In this document: piece by piece, positions 13,700 through 26,109 of the stretch
Position numbering within the stretch: position 1 is the stretch's first letter
Layout: every line of letters begins with the position of its first letter
Source of the DNA: Octopus sinensis
Lineage: Eukaryota
DNA: 64,000 nucleotides
Assembly: GCF_006345805.1 (NCBI RefSeq)
Contig: NC_043004.1
Location: forward strand, 54,870,001-54,934,000
Direction of reading: 5' to 3'
The notes under the pieces: model-generated
Told to the model about the DNA's origin: nothing
The model's database searches: none
What the model saw: the letters and a program-made list of their open reading frames with translations, nothing else
Translations under genes and position numbers: made by a program

Positions 13700-16600
13700 T
13701 CATAGAATCATAGTCAAGGTGGCTTCGTCATTCATACGTGCCATCCTTGCTACATTCACCCATCTTTTTTTAAAACATTCACTAGACAAAACTTGCCTCT
13801 CTACTCTCACTTTCCTCTTCAAGTGATACTTGAAGAAGTTGATGAGAGATTGACCAGAGAGGAAAGTGTTTGTCTCTAATCCTTTCAGGCGCGTCCACCA
13901 GATACATTCTTTCGCCATAGCCACAAGGATGATGAAAATAGCTCTTCCTTCCCGTTTGAAGGAAGGAGGCGTGACGATATTAACGATAGACTCGGCTGAT
14001 AAACCGACTCGTCCCACACGTGACAGCAGTCGTTCGACATAAGCCCACAGGTCGGAAATTGCTGGACACTGCACGATTGCGTGCAGAGCGGTTTCGTCGC
14101 TCTGCCCGCATCTCGGGCAGGTCGGCCCCGTGTTTCTCGAGCCATGCCTATAGAGCTTATCCCGAACGGGTAGCGCTTCTCGGTAGCATCGCCAGGCCAG
14201 GGATCTCTGGAAGTTGTCCATAGGGCCGAAAGTCGTTTGAAACAGGCGGGTCAGGTATTCCTCGTCGACGCCCAGGTTTGGCCCGAGATCGTCGCCGTAC
14301 CTCCCCTCCACTAATCCCCTATAGAATGCTTTGGTTGTGTTGAAGTCACTCAAGGTCGACCCGGGACGGCAGAGTTGCTTGAGAGCAACGCGACACTCGC
14401 GGTGCCATTCGCCCTTCCTCGGCCTCTTTTTGATCCACGACTGCAGTTCGGTCATGGAGACGAGCTGCGGGAAAGCGTGCCTCACAAACGGCGACCACAC
14501 CTGTTCACCGTCGTCTACACAGAGCCAGAGATGTCGCAGTCTCAGCGCGTGTCTGCGCATCATCAACCACGGCATGCCCAGCCCTCCTTTTAACGGGTGT
14601 TGACAGCAAATGGATCGCCTGACCATCGGGACGCATCCTTTCCACAAGAAGCGGAAGAGAATGCGTTCTAGTTTGGTGATGGTAGGGTCGGGACAAGGTA
14701 CGACGGTCAGACGGTAGTAGTTGATGGACGCGATGTACGCGTTCACCACCTCCGCCCGACCTTTTAGGGACAGTTTCCTCTCGGCCCATTGCTGGGCGAG
14801 AGTGACCACCCTACTCGTTATCTCGTTCCAGTTCTTCTCCATTTGGAGGTCCGGACCGAACCAGACCCCGAGCAACTCAACCGGGCCGTCTGTCCAGCGT
14901 CCCACGACGGAGGCGCTGGTGGGCGGCATGGGCTTGCTTCTCCAGGTGCCGAGCCGCAAGCCCACTGACTTTTCCCGGTTGATTTTTGCTCCTGTCACCG
15001 CTTCGTAGTCTTTCAGTGTCTCGCCGACCCGCTCGATGTGCTCGTGGCTTGACACTATGACGGTGACGTCGTCCGCGTATGCAGACACGCTCGTCCCGCA
15101 TCCCAATTCTCGCAAGAGTCGCCAGCTTCCGCAGTAGTGGCTCAAGAGTCAATACGTATAGAAGCGCCGAGAGGAGGCATCCCTGACGGACCGAACGTGC
15201 ATTGTCGAAAGGTCTCGATAGATGTCCATTTACGCGAATTACCGAACGGATGCCTCTGTACAAGGCAGCTATCCAGCCGCGGAAGACGGAACCGAAACCA
15301 GCCGCTCTCAGTACTGCCTCCAAGTATCGATGGTCTACCCTATCAAAGGCTTTCGATTGATCCAAGTTGATCAGGGCCCCACCCATGCCAGGTTCGTTAA
15401 CTACCGTCTATGATGTAGCGCATCAGATGGAGGTTGTCATGGATGCTCCGGATCGGCACGGCGCACGTTTGTGCGTTGTCGACCAGTTTCTCGATGACAA
15501 GCGCCAACCTCTTGGCTAACACCTTTGTCAAAATTTTCAGGTCTGCATTGAGCAGCGTGATTGGTCTAAAGTTATCTATAATGTTTCCCTTGTTTGGATC
15601 TTTCTTCAGCAGTGTTACAGCTCCTCGACTCACAAAACCGGGTATGCTCCCGTTTTGCTGCCAGTTGCAGTATACCGCTGCCAAGACGTCTCCAAACAAG
15701 TCTGGCATACAATTGTAAAACTCGTAGGGTAGACCATCCAAACCCAGTGATTTGTCCCTTGAGCATTCTGCCATCGCGTCCCGCACATCCACCGCTGTGA
15801 TGGCACCTTCGCAGCACTCTGCCTCTCTTGCCGAGAGTCGTGGTAGGCTGTGCAGGTAGGCACTGAAGTCCACCCTGCGTTCACGCTCACCACTCGTCCC
15901 GTACAGTTGGGCAAAGTGCCGCTGAAATGTCTCGCACATCTTGCTGGGCTCGAGCAATTCGCGCCCTTGTTCATCTGGTGAATTGTTGGTCGAGGGCCAA
16001 CCTCGCCGCCAAAACGTCGGATGCGATGCCGCTTCTAATTGCCTCTTCTAGCTTCTTAACTAGCTCACCCTCTACTCTATTTCTATCTATGGCTAGTGCT
16101 TTGCTGTACCTAATCGCTTCCGCTTTTACTGCTCTCTTGAGGGCGAACCACCATTTGTTGTTGACAATGGCTCCCGTTAAAGCCCTTTTTACTAACGTGT
16201 TGATTTTGTCTCTGAAAACTTGTCTGTACGGGAATGATGCAATCAGTTTCCAGTAACCAGGACCCTGTCTATGTGCCTTATCTAAGTCTAGCGTACACGT
16301 CACCAATTTGTGATCCGTGTAGCTGACTGTGTGGAATTGTGGACATCCTAAGTTATCCTTGTTTACTGTCCTACACAGTATCCTATCTAGATACGATCTC
16401 GACGACCCACTGCGGTTGCTCCATGTCCACGTTGGTGCATTTGGGTGGTCGAGTCGGTACCTGTCAGACAGTTGGAATCGTCTGAGCAGGTCTCTGAGGC
16501 ATTTGCATCTCCTCACATAGTCTACATGCGTGTCCAAGGTAGCATTCCAATCCCCCACTAAGAGTAAAAGACGAGACGTTCCCAGGAATACTTCTAGACG

Positions 16601-16972
16601 TCGAAAGAAATCCGGCCGACCTGTTAAAGGCGGTGCGTAGACTGATACGAGTCGAAAAGCGCACCCATTGCTGCCGTCGACATCCAGAACGACCAGTCTA
16701 CCCTCCGGGTCTACGAATATCGTCTTGACTTCGAGATCCAGGCTCTTGTGAAAAAGTACCGTGGTGCCACTACCGCCCATCCTCGGCAGACAGGGAGCAA
16801 AATAAATGTTAAACTGTCCGCCAAACATGGACTCTAGGGCCCGTGTCTCGTGGAGTCTGGTCTCACTTATGGCTATGATTCCCAAATCGTGTGACTTGAT
16901 GTCATTTAGGAGGTATCCTTGTTTCCAAGGAGACCCCAAGCCACGCGCATTCACACAACCAATCTTGACCAT
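13700..16972 (-). pseudogene. Tx1 ORF2 (AP endonuclease-RT-zinc finger), several frameshifts and an internal deletion near 15970
   Basis: MVKIGCVNARGL...IIAISET...GDWNA...RSYLDRI...YTDHKLV (APE); KSLGLDGLPYEFY, NFRPITLLNADLKILTK, LDQSKAFDRVDH, SVRQGCLLS, SAYADDVTV (RT); CPRCGQSDETALHAIVQC. Confidence 0.93.
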
Positions 16973-17022
16973 GATTCTATTGGGGTGTGTGCTTTAAAAC
17001 ACAAAAAGGAAAGTACAGAGAG

Positions 17023-19115
17023 TTACTTACTTGTGTCGAAAGTTTTGGCTTCCTCGTTCTTTGATGTGTCTTGGAGGAGGTTTTTGTAGAGTTTTTGAGA
17101 GAGATATTTTTGGAAACCCCCCACAGCATTTGGAAAGAGGGCTTTGAGTTTGTGGTGTTGTGTTTGTGTGATGTGTAGTATTTGGATGTGTTTGGGTGGT
17201 GTAGTGCGTGGATGATTGTTAGTTTTGAAGTCATCTTCACAGATGTTTGTGTGTGCTGTGATGTACTCCATTAGTTTGGAGTCTTTGGTGTCTATCGCTG
17301 ATAGCATTGTGTGTGTTTTTGTGGTGTTGGTGCTTGTTTGGTTGTGTATGGGGTTTTCATGGTTCAGGTATCTCCCTGCTTTGTTTGCGTTTTCTTGCTT
17401 AGTCTTTTTTTATCTTTTTCTTTTACCCCCGGTGGCTATTTGCCATTCTGTCGAACTTTCATCGTTAGATGAAAAGTCTGACGAATCAGCAGGGGGTAAG
17501 GGTAAAGCGTCTGGGTATGTTTGTGCGGTTGTAGATATTGTTGTGGTGCGCGGGGAGGGTGTTGCTGGGGGGTTTGGTGTGGTGATTGTCTCTCCTACAT
17601 CCTTGGTGCTTGTCTTCTTCGTTGTTATTCTTGGTGTTGGAATTGGTTTAGTTGTTGTTGGTGGTGATGATTCTGTTCTTGGCGCTGGTGTTGGTGTTGT
17701 CTGGTTGGGTTGGCCTGTTCTTTGTTGTTTTTCATGCATTTCTGCATACAGCTTCTTGATTAGCCGTCCATATTGTGGTGTGGGCAATAATGCTGGCTTT
17801 TGTGGTTTTTCCTGTGGCTGTTGTTGTTGTTGTGATTTAGCGGCAGATTTGCACTCCTTTTTGAGGTGTGCCTCACTCCCACATGTATAGCAGCGTGGCC
17901 TTCTGCCCTCAACTACTACGTACAACTTGCGGCCATCCGCAAGATGTACGTGGGTGGGAATTCTGTTAATGTCGTCTTGGCTTATGTGGAAGAGAAACTC
18001 CATTCTCTTTCCCAGCCAGTCCTTGTGTCTCGAAACAGCGATATCCAGGATGTTTAAGTCCTCCATTTCGGATGTTATGGCGGATGTTATCCATAGTGTG
18101 GTTGTTACTTGGGGGACATTATTGATAATGACCTTCGTCACCTTCTGGCCGAGGTAACTGGGTGGCATCGTTAGTACATCGGAATGAAGGGTTAGCGTTG
18201 AGAATTGCTTTGCCAACTCTCATTCTGAAAAACCACCTGTACGTGGGCGAACTTGTTCGCCCAAGTCACACAATCCTTGTATCCCCAGATGGGGCGTAGG
18301 CACTTTTCTATTTTGTCCGTGCTTGCCTTTTCTGGACTTTTAGTTGTTTTGTTTGTTATTTTATAAATAACCGTTTTCTTTTTTTCCTCATTCAGTATGT
18401 GTTGTGGTATGTGTAAGTGTATTTTGCCGTTTTCTTCCGTGATTAGGGCTCTGCAGTCTTTTATTTGCTGTACAGTAAAAGATACTTTTGTCATTTTTTC
18501 TTTTATCGCCTCGGCGAAGTTTGTTGTTGTTTTGTTATTGTTGTTACTGCCGGTGGTGTTGGTGTTGATGGCAGGGGTGTGGGTTGTGGGTGTATTAGGT
18601 TTGTGGTTGCTGATTATGCAACTAGCAACGGGTGGAAAATTGTCTGCGTAATTTGGTACTGCATTAGCGCAAATTTCGGCAGCTCGTTTGATTGTCGTTG
18701 TTATTTTTTCCTCACCTTCACTTGTTGGTGATGGAGTGAGCAGTGGCTGAAGGGAATTGTTGTTGTTGTTGTTATTGTCGTTCTTGGTGACGGCGGTGGT
18801 AGCAAGGGAGGCATTGACGGCACGGTCTTTGGTGGCGGTGATGGTGATGTTGGTATTGTTATTGGTAGCGGTTTCGATAGCAGTTGTAGTAGCAGATGCT
18901 GCCATGGTGGTGGAATCACTGGTGGCGATGTCGGTGCTTGGCCTTGCGACCTTTGTTTTGTATTTGTTGCTGTTGTCGATGCTGATGGTGGTGGTGGTGG
19001 CGGTGTAAGTAGTGTTTACACAGTCAAGTTCAGCGCATGGTGACAGGGCACCCTGTTTTATTGTTTTGGCGTCATGCTTCAGTTGCGCCTCAGCCTCGTG
19101 GTGACCAGTAGCCAT
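17023..19115 (-). pseudogene. Tx1 ORF1 (gag-like), frameshifted; Thr/Asn-rich N-terminus and zinc knuckle
   Basis: ORF pieces 18192-19115, 17410-18216 (RRPRCYTCGSEAHLKKEC = CX2CX4HX4C) and 17023-17307. Confidence 0.8.
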
Positions 19116-19331
19116 TTTTGAAAATAAAAATGGCTAAAATACAACACGAGGCCAACGAGAATTTTTTTTAATTTTGCCTACAAAGGGCGAAATTTGGTGC
19201 GGATATTAGTCAAAGTTTGCAGCGGATGTTGTTGCACAACTTTTAAATACAAAATATTTAACAATAAATACTTTTGGACGTATAAAATGACCAACTTACT
19301 TGGAGCCCATTTGACTTGCGTCTATCTGTCC

Positions 19332-19390
<59 letters not shown>

Positions 19391-20202
19391 CAGACGATGA
19401 GCTTCTTTCAGTTTCCATGTACCAAATCCACTCACCAGGGTTTGGTCGGCCCGAGGCTACAGCAGAAGAAACTCGCCCAAAGTTCCATGCAATGGGATTG
19501 AACCCGGAACCATGTGGTTGGAAAGAAAGCTTCTTACCACATATGTATGTTATGTATGTTTGTATATGTGTATATGTATATATGTTATGTGCGTGTTTGT
19601 GTGTATGTATGAATTATGTCTGCTTGTAGTATGTATGTATGTATGTATGTATGTATGTATGTATGTATGTATGTATGTATATATGTATTTATATATGTTT
19701 GTATGTATGTATGTATGTAGGTATGCATGTATGCCTGTATGTATGTATGTGTGTATGTATGTATGTGCGAATGTGCGTATGTATGTATGTATGTATGCCT
19801 GTATCTATGTATGTATGTATGCATGTATGTATGTATGTATGTATGTATGTATGTAGGTAGGTAGGTATGTATGTATGTGTGTATGTTATTGTTTAAAACA
19901 TGTTGATACGTCTCCATGCGACTTAAAATTTTGCTGACTTCTTTGAGAAACCCAGATCGTTCAGGAACAGAATACTGGATGAAGAGATACAGGATGCCCC
20001 AGATGACTACTGGAAACTGGACGACTGTTGGGCGATGCGGGCCACATGGTGTTGTTAGACGTGGGACGGGCGCTTCAGCAGCAGCAGATGCATTTACAAA
20101 GAGAATTTCTTGAACCGCATGGCTTGACAAGATGCTGGTGGCGTCTTGGTGTCTGGCTGGTCTTTGAGAGGACTTGGAAGCCGACAGAAACCTGGAAGGT
20201 GG

Positions 20203-21088
20203 TGAGCTGGCAGAAACGTTAGCACGCCGGGCTAAATGCTTAGCGGTATTTCGTCTGTCGTTACGTTCTGGGTTCAAATTCCGCCGAGGTCGACTTTGCC
20301 TTTCATCCTTTCGAGGTCGATAAATTATGTACCAGTTACGCACTGGTGTCGATGTAATCGACTTAATCCGTTTGTCTGTCCTTGTTTGTCCTCTCTGTGT
20401 TTAGCCCCTTGTGGGAAATAAAGAAATAGGTATTTCTTCTGTCTTTACGTTCTGAGTTCAAATTCCACCGAGGTCGACTTTGCATTTCATCCATTCGGGG
20501 TCGATAAAATAAGTACCAGTTACGCTTGGGGTCGATATAATCGACTTAATCCGTTTGTCTGTCCTTGTTTGTCCTTTCTGTGTGTAGCTCCTTGAGGGCA
20601 GTAAAGAAATAAGAAACATTAGCACGCCGGGCGAAATGCTTAGCGGTATTTCGTCTGCTGCTACGTTCTGAGTTCAAATTCTTTTGGGGTCGATTAAATA
20701 AGTACCAGTTACGCACTGGGGTCGATGTAATCGACTTAACCCGTTTATCTGTCCTTGTTTGTCCCTTCTGTGTGTAGTCCCTTAAGGGCAGTAAAGAAAT
20801 AAGAAACGTTAACACACTGGGCGAAATGCTTAGCGGTATTTCGTCTGCCGTTTGTCTGTCCTTGTTTGTCCTCTCTGTGTTTAGCCCTTTGTGGGTAGTA
20901 AAGAAATAGGTATTTCGTCTGTCTTTAAGTTCAAATTCTGCCGAGGTCAATTTTGCATTTCATCATTTCGGGGTCGATTAAATAAGTACCAGTTACACAC
21001 TGGGGTCGATATAATCGACTTAATCCGTTTGTCTGTCCTTGTTTGTCCCCTCTGTGTTTAGCTCTTTGTGGGCAGTAAGGAAATAAGA
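20203..21088 (+). mobile_element. Head-to-tail array of about five family-B tRNA-like SINE units
   Basis: Repeated gttagcacgccgggcgaaatgcttagcggtatttcgtc...gagttcaaattccgccgaggtcgactttg...gggcagtaaagaaata units. Confidence 0.85.
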
Positions 21089-21094
21089 AAGTTC

Positions 21095-21681
21095 TACTGC
21101 GACGTTTTGAAGTGTTTGAGCAAGGACATTCGGCGAAAGCGATCGGACTTGTGAAGCGAGAAGAATTGGATTCTTCACAATGGCAATTCACCTTGTCACC
21201 GATCTCACTGCACTCGTGAGTTTCTCACCAAAAACAACGTGATATCGCTTCCGCACCCACACTATTTTCCAGGTTTAGCACAAGATGGAAATGCAGCTCA
21301 AAGGTCGCCATTTTAACACCGTTGTCGAGATCCAGAACGAATCGCCGAAGGTCCTTGCCTCGCTAACGGAAAACGACTTCCAGGCTGGATTCCAAAAGTG
21401 GCAGGAATACTGGGACGGGAGTATTACTGCGAAAGGTGACTATTTCGAAGGAGATGATGTTAAAACTTAGGTAAATAATTTACATTATTTACATTATTTA
21501 CATTCGACGGATATTTTTCCTCATCTTGTTTGTTGATGATGACAATCCGTCGAATGAAAATAATGTAAATAATATAAATAATGTTTGTAATTCCTCATCT
21601 CTTAAATATAGAACTGTATTAGGTAAATAAGTTAATTTTTATTAAACATAACTAGTCCGGGAACATTTTGATACCACCTCG
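21095..21681 (+). mobile_element. Mariner 3' half with right TIR, carrying a 140-bp insert
   Basis: WILHNGNSPCH, MQLKGRHFNTVVEIQ...FQKWQEYWDGSITAKGDYFEGD; terminus agtccgggaacattttgataccacctcg|TA. Confidence 0.8.
21479..21618. mobile_element. 140-bp fold-back insert with 12-bp TSD
   Basis: TSD ttaggtaaataa at 21467-21478 and 21619-21630; internal inverted repeat cattcgacggat/atccgtcgaatg extended by (tttacatta) units. Confidence 0.75.
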
Positions 21682-21831
21682 TATATAGCTTGTATGTGAA
21701 ACACATGATCACGGCGAATTGTTCAAAATCACTAAGTGACTCAACGTTTTTTTTTCTTCATTCTAATTCAATTTTATGCCCTACTTTAATTTATTGCATG
21801 ATTTTTAAGTTAATGTGATAACGCTAAATTA

Positions 21832-21875
<44 letters not shown>

Positions 21876-22189
21876 ATGTGTGTGTGTGTGTGTGTGTGTA
21901 TGTGTGTGTATGTATATATATATACTCCTTTACTTGTTTCAGTCATTTGACTGCGGCCATGCTGGAGCACCGCCTTTAGTCGAGCAAATCGACCCCGAGA
22001 CTTATTCTTTGTAAGCCCAGTACTTATTTTATCGGTCTCTTTTGCCGAGACACACAAACACACACATACATATATACATATATAAATATACATATATATA
22101 TATGTATTTATATATCATTTATATATATATATACACATATATATATATGTATATATATATATATCATTTATATATATATATATATTATA

Positions 22190-22309
<120 letters not shown>

Positions 22310-22482
22310 AAAGATAAAATCACTTTAATGATTTCATCAAGTGGCCAGCGTGAAATAAAACCTTAAAGTAGCATTTTATATTAATTTATAATTATATAAT
22401 TATAAGTTAATGTGTGTGGGTGTGTGTGTGTGTATGTATGTATGTATATATATATGTATGTATGTATGTATATATGTATATA

Positions 22483-22543
<61 letters not shown>

Positions 22544-23689
22544 TATATATATATACACGCATATATATGCATATATATATGTATATATATATGTGTGTGT
22601 GTGTGTGTATGTATGCATGTATGTATGTATGTAGGTATATATATATATGCACAGACAAGCAAGCACATGCGCACACACATGGACGCAGGCATATACTTAC
22701 CTGCATGCACACACACAAGGTGTAATCATTTGCAAAAAAAAAGACGGAATGCTTCACGAACAAAATATTTTAGAGTGTTTTATTCTATATGATGTTGCTG
22801 AGACATTGTCTTGTTACATTAATGTCGAAAACACATTGGAATCTTGAAAATATCAATAATGGTAAGAAATAAATCAATGAAATTAAACAAAGTTTAATAT
22901 CAATGTCGGAACTCGAACCACTGACCTCCCAGTAAGTTACAATCTTTTACCATCTCCTTGTAATTTGATAAAGATTTCAGATCCAAGGGAGATAAGAGGA
23001 AGACAAGGGAAATAATTTAATATTTTTCTTTAATCAGGGGAAAATACTCTTGAGCTATGGATAATTGTAAGAGCAGAAAAGTTATTTTGTAAAGTTGTGG
23101 AGCAGACACAACTGTTAAAACACCGTGCAAAATGTTTCGTCACATTTCTTTCCTACTCGTTACGTTGAGTTGTTAAATTCCGCTGAGATCGATTTTCCCT
23201 TTCATCTTTTCGCAGTCAATGAAATAAATACCAGTCGAGCTGCGGGTGGAGGTGGGGGTCGATGATATCGATTAGTTTCCTCTCACAAAATTCCAGGCCT
23301 TGTGCCTGTATACGAAAAATTTATCGAGCATCATACATTTCTTTTCTTCTTTTTTTTCCATTATTTAGTCAGGAAAGAAAACAGACCCATGGCTTGCTAC
23401 GGGGCCTCTGAGATTGACGGGAAGGAGGAAGGAATCCTCAAACGGCTTACCTTGCTCAAAAATAGTTTCTGTTATAAGCACCCAATATGTCAGGTGATAA
23501 ACCGGGTGACGAGTTAAGTCTACCATTTGAACTCAGAATGCAAAAGAAAAAAAAAACAGAAACAAATACCACAAGACATCCAATTCAACATTCTTGCAGT
23601 TCTGCCATTCCACCATCTTATACTGGTGCTATTTTTATCGACTCTGAAAAGATAGAGAGTAAAGGTGGATTTGTTTTGCTTGGCCTTTT

Positions 23690-23900
23690 GTGCCAACGAA
23701 AAATTGATGCTCGACTCATACAAGCAGTCTGGAACATTTCATGAGTTTCTGTAGCGTTTTTGCTCAGTTAAACACAAAACTTTATTTCTTAGCGAGCGTA
23801 CAAACTGTCTTCACGCCCAGACTGCATTATTCAAACTAGTCAGCTCTGTTAGTCAGTGTTTAGTAAAGAATGTTCAAAGTGCTGTTAAAGCCGTCTTCTT
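23690..23900 (-). mobile_element. Decayed mariner N-terminal remnant
   Basis: Minus strand yields IKFCV*LSKNATETHEMFQTA...MSRASIFRWHKR, matching the mariner N-terminal HTH pattern. Confidence 0.5.
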
Positions 23901-24031
23901 CAATCTGGAATACAAAGACAATCGGCCGGTCAGATTATTAGATGTATAGTAATAATATACTAAAATTACCAGAATATTTATAATTGCCACGACTAAAAAA
24001 AAAGTATCAAATTTTCTCCAATACACCTCGT

Positions 24032-24443
24032 GGATCTTTTCGGTTTGAACGGCAGTTTTTTCTAGCGGTGTCATATGAAATTGTCACCCATAATTATGAC
24101 CCTAGTATCGATCTATTGCATTTCAATCTCTTTTAGGGTTGGGGGTGGGGGTAAGGGTATCTTTTTTTTCTTCACAAATGTAAATAAACCCAATCTGTTT
24201 CTTAAACGAGGGACATACTCATACGGCACAAAAAGTTTTTTACCTCAATAGACGTCAGTGATTGGTTAAAATTGCAGAAATTGAAGAAAAAAAACAACAA
24301 ATATCTTACAAACTATAGAATTTTCTCAATAAAGCCAAGAGAAAAGGATGTTTTATAAACACATTCTAGCAGTATATGAAGTTTAAACTTTTTTAGTTAC
24401 CTAGAAATTATGTTAAAAACTGCCGTTCAAACCGAAAAGATCC
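24032..24443. mobile_element. MITE with 29-bp GG...CC TIRs and 8-bp TSD (Merlin-like), copy 1
   Basis: TIR ggatcttttcggtttgaacggcagttttt and its reverse complement; TSD cacctcgt at 24024-24031 and 24444-24451. Confidence 0.85.
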
Positions 24444-24914
24444 CACCTCGTACACTTAGCAAGCAGACATTTTGGAATTTACGTAAATCTCTTCCACGAA
24501 TGTTTAGCTCACGATCGTAAGGTCGTGAGTTTTACACCTGGCAACACGTTCTGTCCTTGAGCAAGACACTTTATTTCATGTTGCTCCACTCTACTCTACG
24601 GGAAAAAATGAGTAGTACCTGTATTTCTGTGCCACGTTGAATCACCCCGATAACTACGTACGCGTGTTTGTGGAGTGCTCAGTCACTTGCACGTTTCTTT
24701 CACGAGTAAGCTGTTCCGTTAATTGGATCAACAGGAACACTCGTCGTTATAACCAACGGAGTGCCAGATTTAATATACAGAATGCACAAAAGTCATAGTA
24801 GAGTAATCAAAACGACTCACAAACATAATTAGAGCACTCACAGATAACACGTTTTACCAACAGAAACAAGCAACGACTCTGGTGTATAAACAATATATTA
24901 TATTCATCGGATCA

Positions 24915-25140
24915 GTTGAGCTGGCAGAATCGTTAGCACGCCGGGCGAAATGCGTAGCCGTATTTCGTCTGCCGTTACGTTCTGAGTTCAAATTCCGCCG
25001 AGGTCGACTTTGCCTTTCATCCTGTCGGAGTCGATAAAATAAGTACCAGTTACGCACTGGGGTCGATGTAATCGACTTAATCCTTTTGTCTGTCCTTGTT
25101 TGTCTTCTCTGTGTTTAGTCCTTTGTGGGCAATAAAGAAA
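24915..25140 (+). mobile_element. Family-B SINE monomer
   Basis: gagctggcagaatcgttagcacgccgggcgaaatg...gagttcaaattccgcc...gggcaataaagaaa. Confidence 0.85.
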
Positions 25141-25327
25141 AAAGATCAGTTCAGGGAGGGCAGCCAATCTCTCCACGACAGACCACAATAAACTACAACT
25201 TACATACAAAATAGTGCACTATACGTCATCATACAGAGCACGTATCACTTTATACATGGAAACAAAAATTACTAAATATGAAAGCCCATTTGCACATGCG
25301 TGTGTGTAGTTTGTTACTGCAGTAAGC

Positions 25328-25440
25328 GTAGTCTTTTACTACTACATGAAAGTCATGTAGTCTTTTACTACTACATGAAAGTCATGTAGTCTTTTACTAC
25401 TACATGAAAGTCATGTAGTCTTTTACTACTACATGAAAAG
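25328..25440. repeat. 29-bp minisatellite, about four units
   Basis: (gtagtcttttactactacatgaaagtcat) three times plus a partial unit; no spacers. Confidence 0.9.
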
Positions 25441-25987
25441 GGCTCCAAAACATCCAGATACATATACAACACCCAATAACACGACAACAGAATTTTAAAA
25501 TGTCTTTCTCTCCCACTCAGCCCAGACAAGGATTAAGGACACACACACACACAAACACGCGCGAGCGCGCAAGCATGAACAAACAAACAAGCTATACAAA
25601 TATAAATAGCAGAAAAAATATATATGACCAGAAGTCAAGCAGCAAAGAGAAAAGAGTAAGATAGCGCGAGGAAAGTATAGAATGGTTAGGCTATCATCGA
25701 TAAGATTACAGGCTGTGACGAAAGAACTTTGACACCTAATTAATTAATAAACTAACTGATAATAAAACTCAAGTAATATACAACTGACACGTGTTCTAAG
25801 TGGCAGCATAAAGGTTCTCAATTTAAAAGGATTGAAAGCGTACACACACACGTACACGCGAGCGCGAGCGCACACGCGCACACACGCGCACACACACACA
25901 TACACACACACACACATGTGACCGCGTGTGTATCGTTGGCGATTTTTTTCCTCCGTCTTCCCTTCCTTGGATCTTTCCTTTTCCTAT

Positions 25988-26023
25988 GATTCTGACGAAG
26001 AGCTCCGCTCGAAACGTTAAATC
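25988..26023 (+). ncRNA. Minimal type I hammerhead ribozyme motif (Penelope-type)
   Basis: gatt-CTGACGA-a-gagc(tcc)gctc-GAAA-cgtTA-aatc: stem I gatt/aatc, intact core boxes, 4-bp stem II, stem III reduced to self-complementary AACGTT. Confidence 0.75.
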
Positions 26024-26109
26024 CTTTTCCTTTCTTTCCTTTCATGAGCGTCTGTTCCACGTCCTCTTGTTGTTGTGCTTTCTCTTAGTGTTTTCATGTT
26101 TGGATTAAC

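Larger units (their letters stand above)
13311..19330 (-). mobile_element. Full-length Tx1/L1-clade non-LTR retrotransposon (about 6.0 kb), disrupted
   Basis: 5' UTR, ORF1 with CCHC knuckle, ORF2 with APE, RT and C-terminal zinc finger, and a U-rich 3' UTR ending AATAAAGAAAC-like; (TAGA)n arrays at both ends. Confidence 0.93.

Noticed and set aside
25328-25440. 29-bp palindromic repeats as a CRISPR array
   Set aside because: Units are contiguous with no spacers, there are no cas genes, and the context is eukaryotic.
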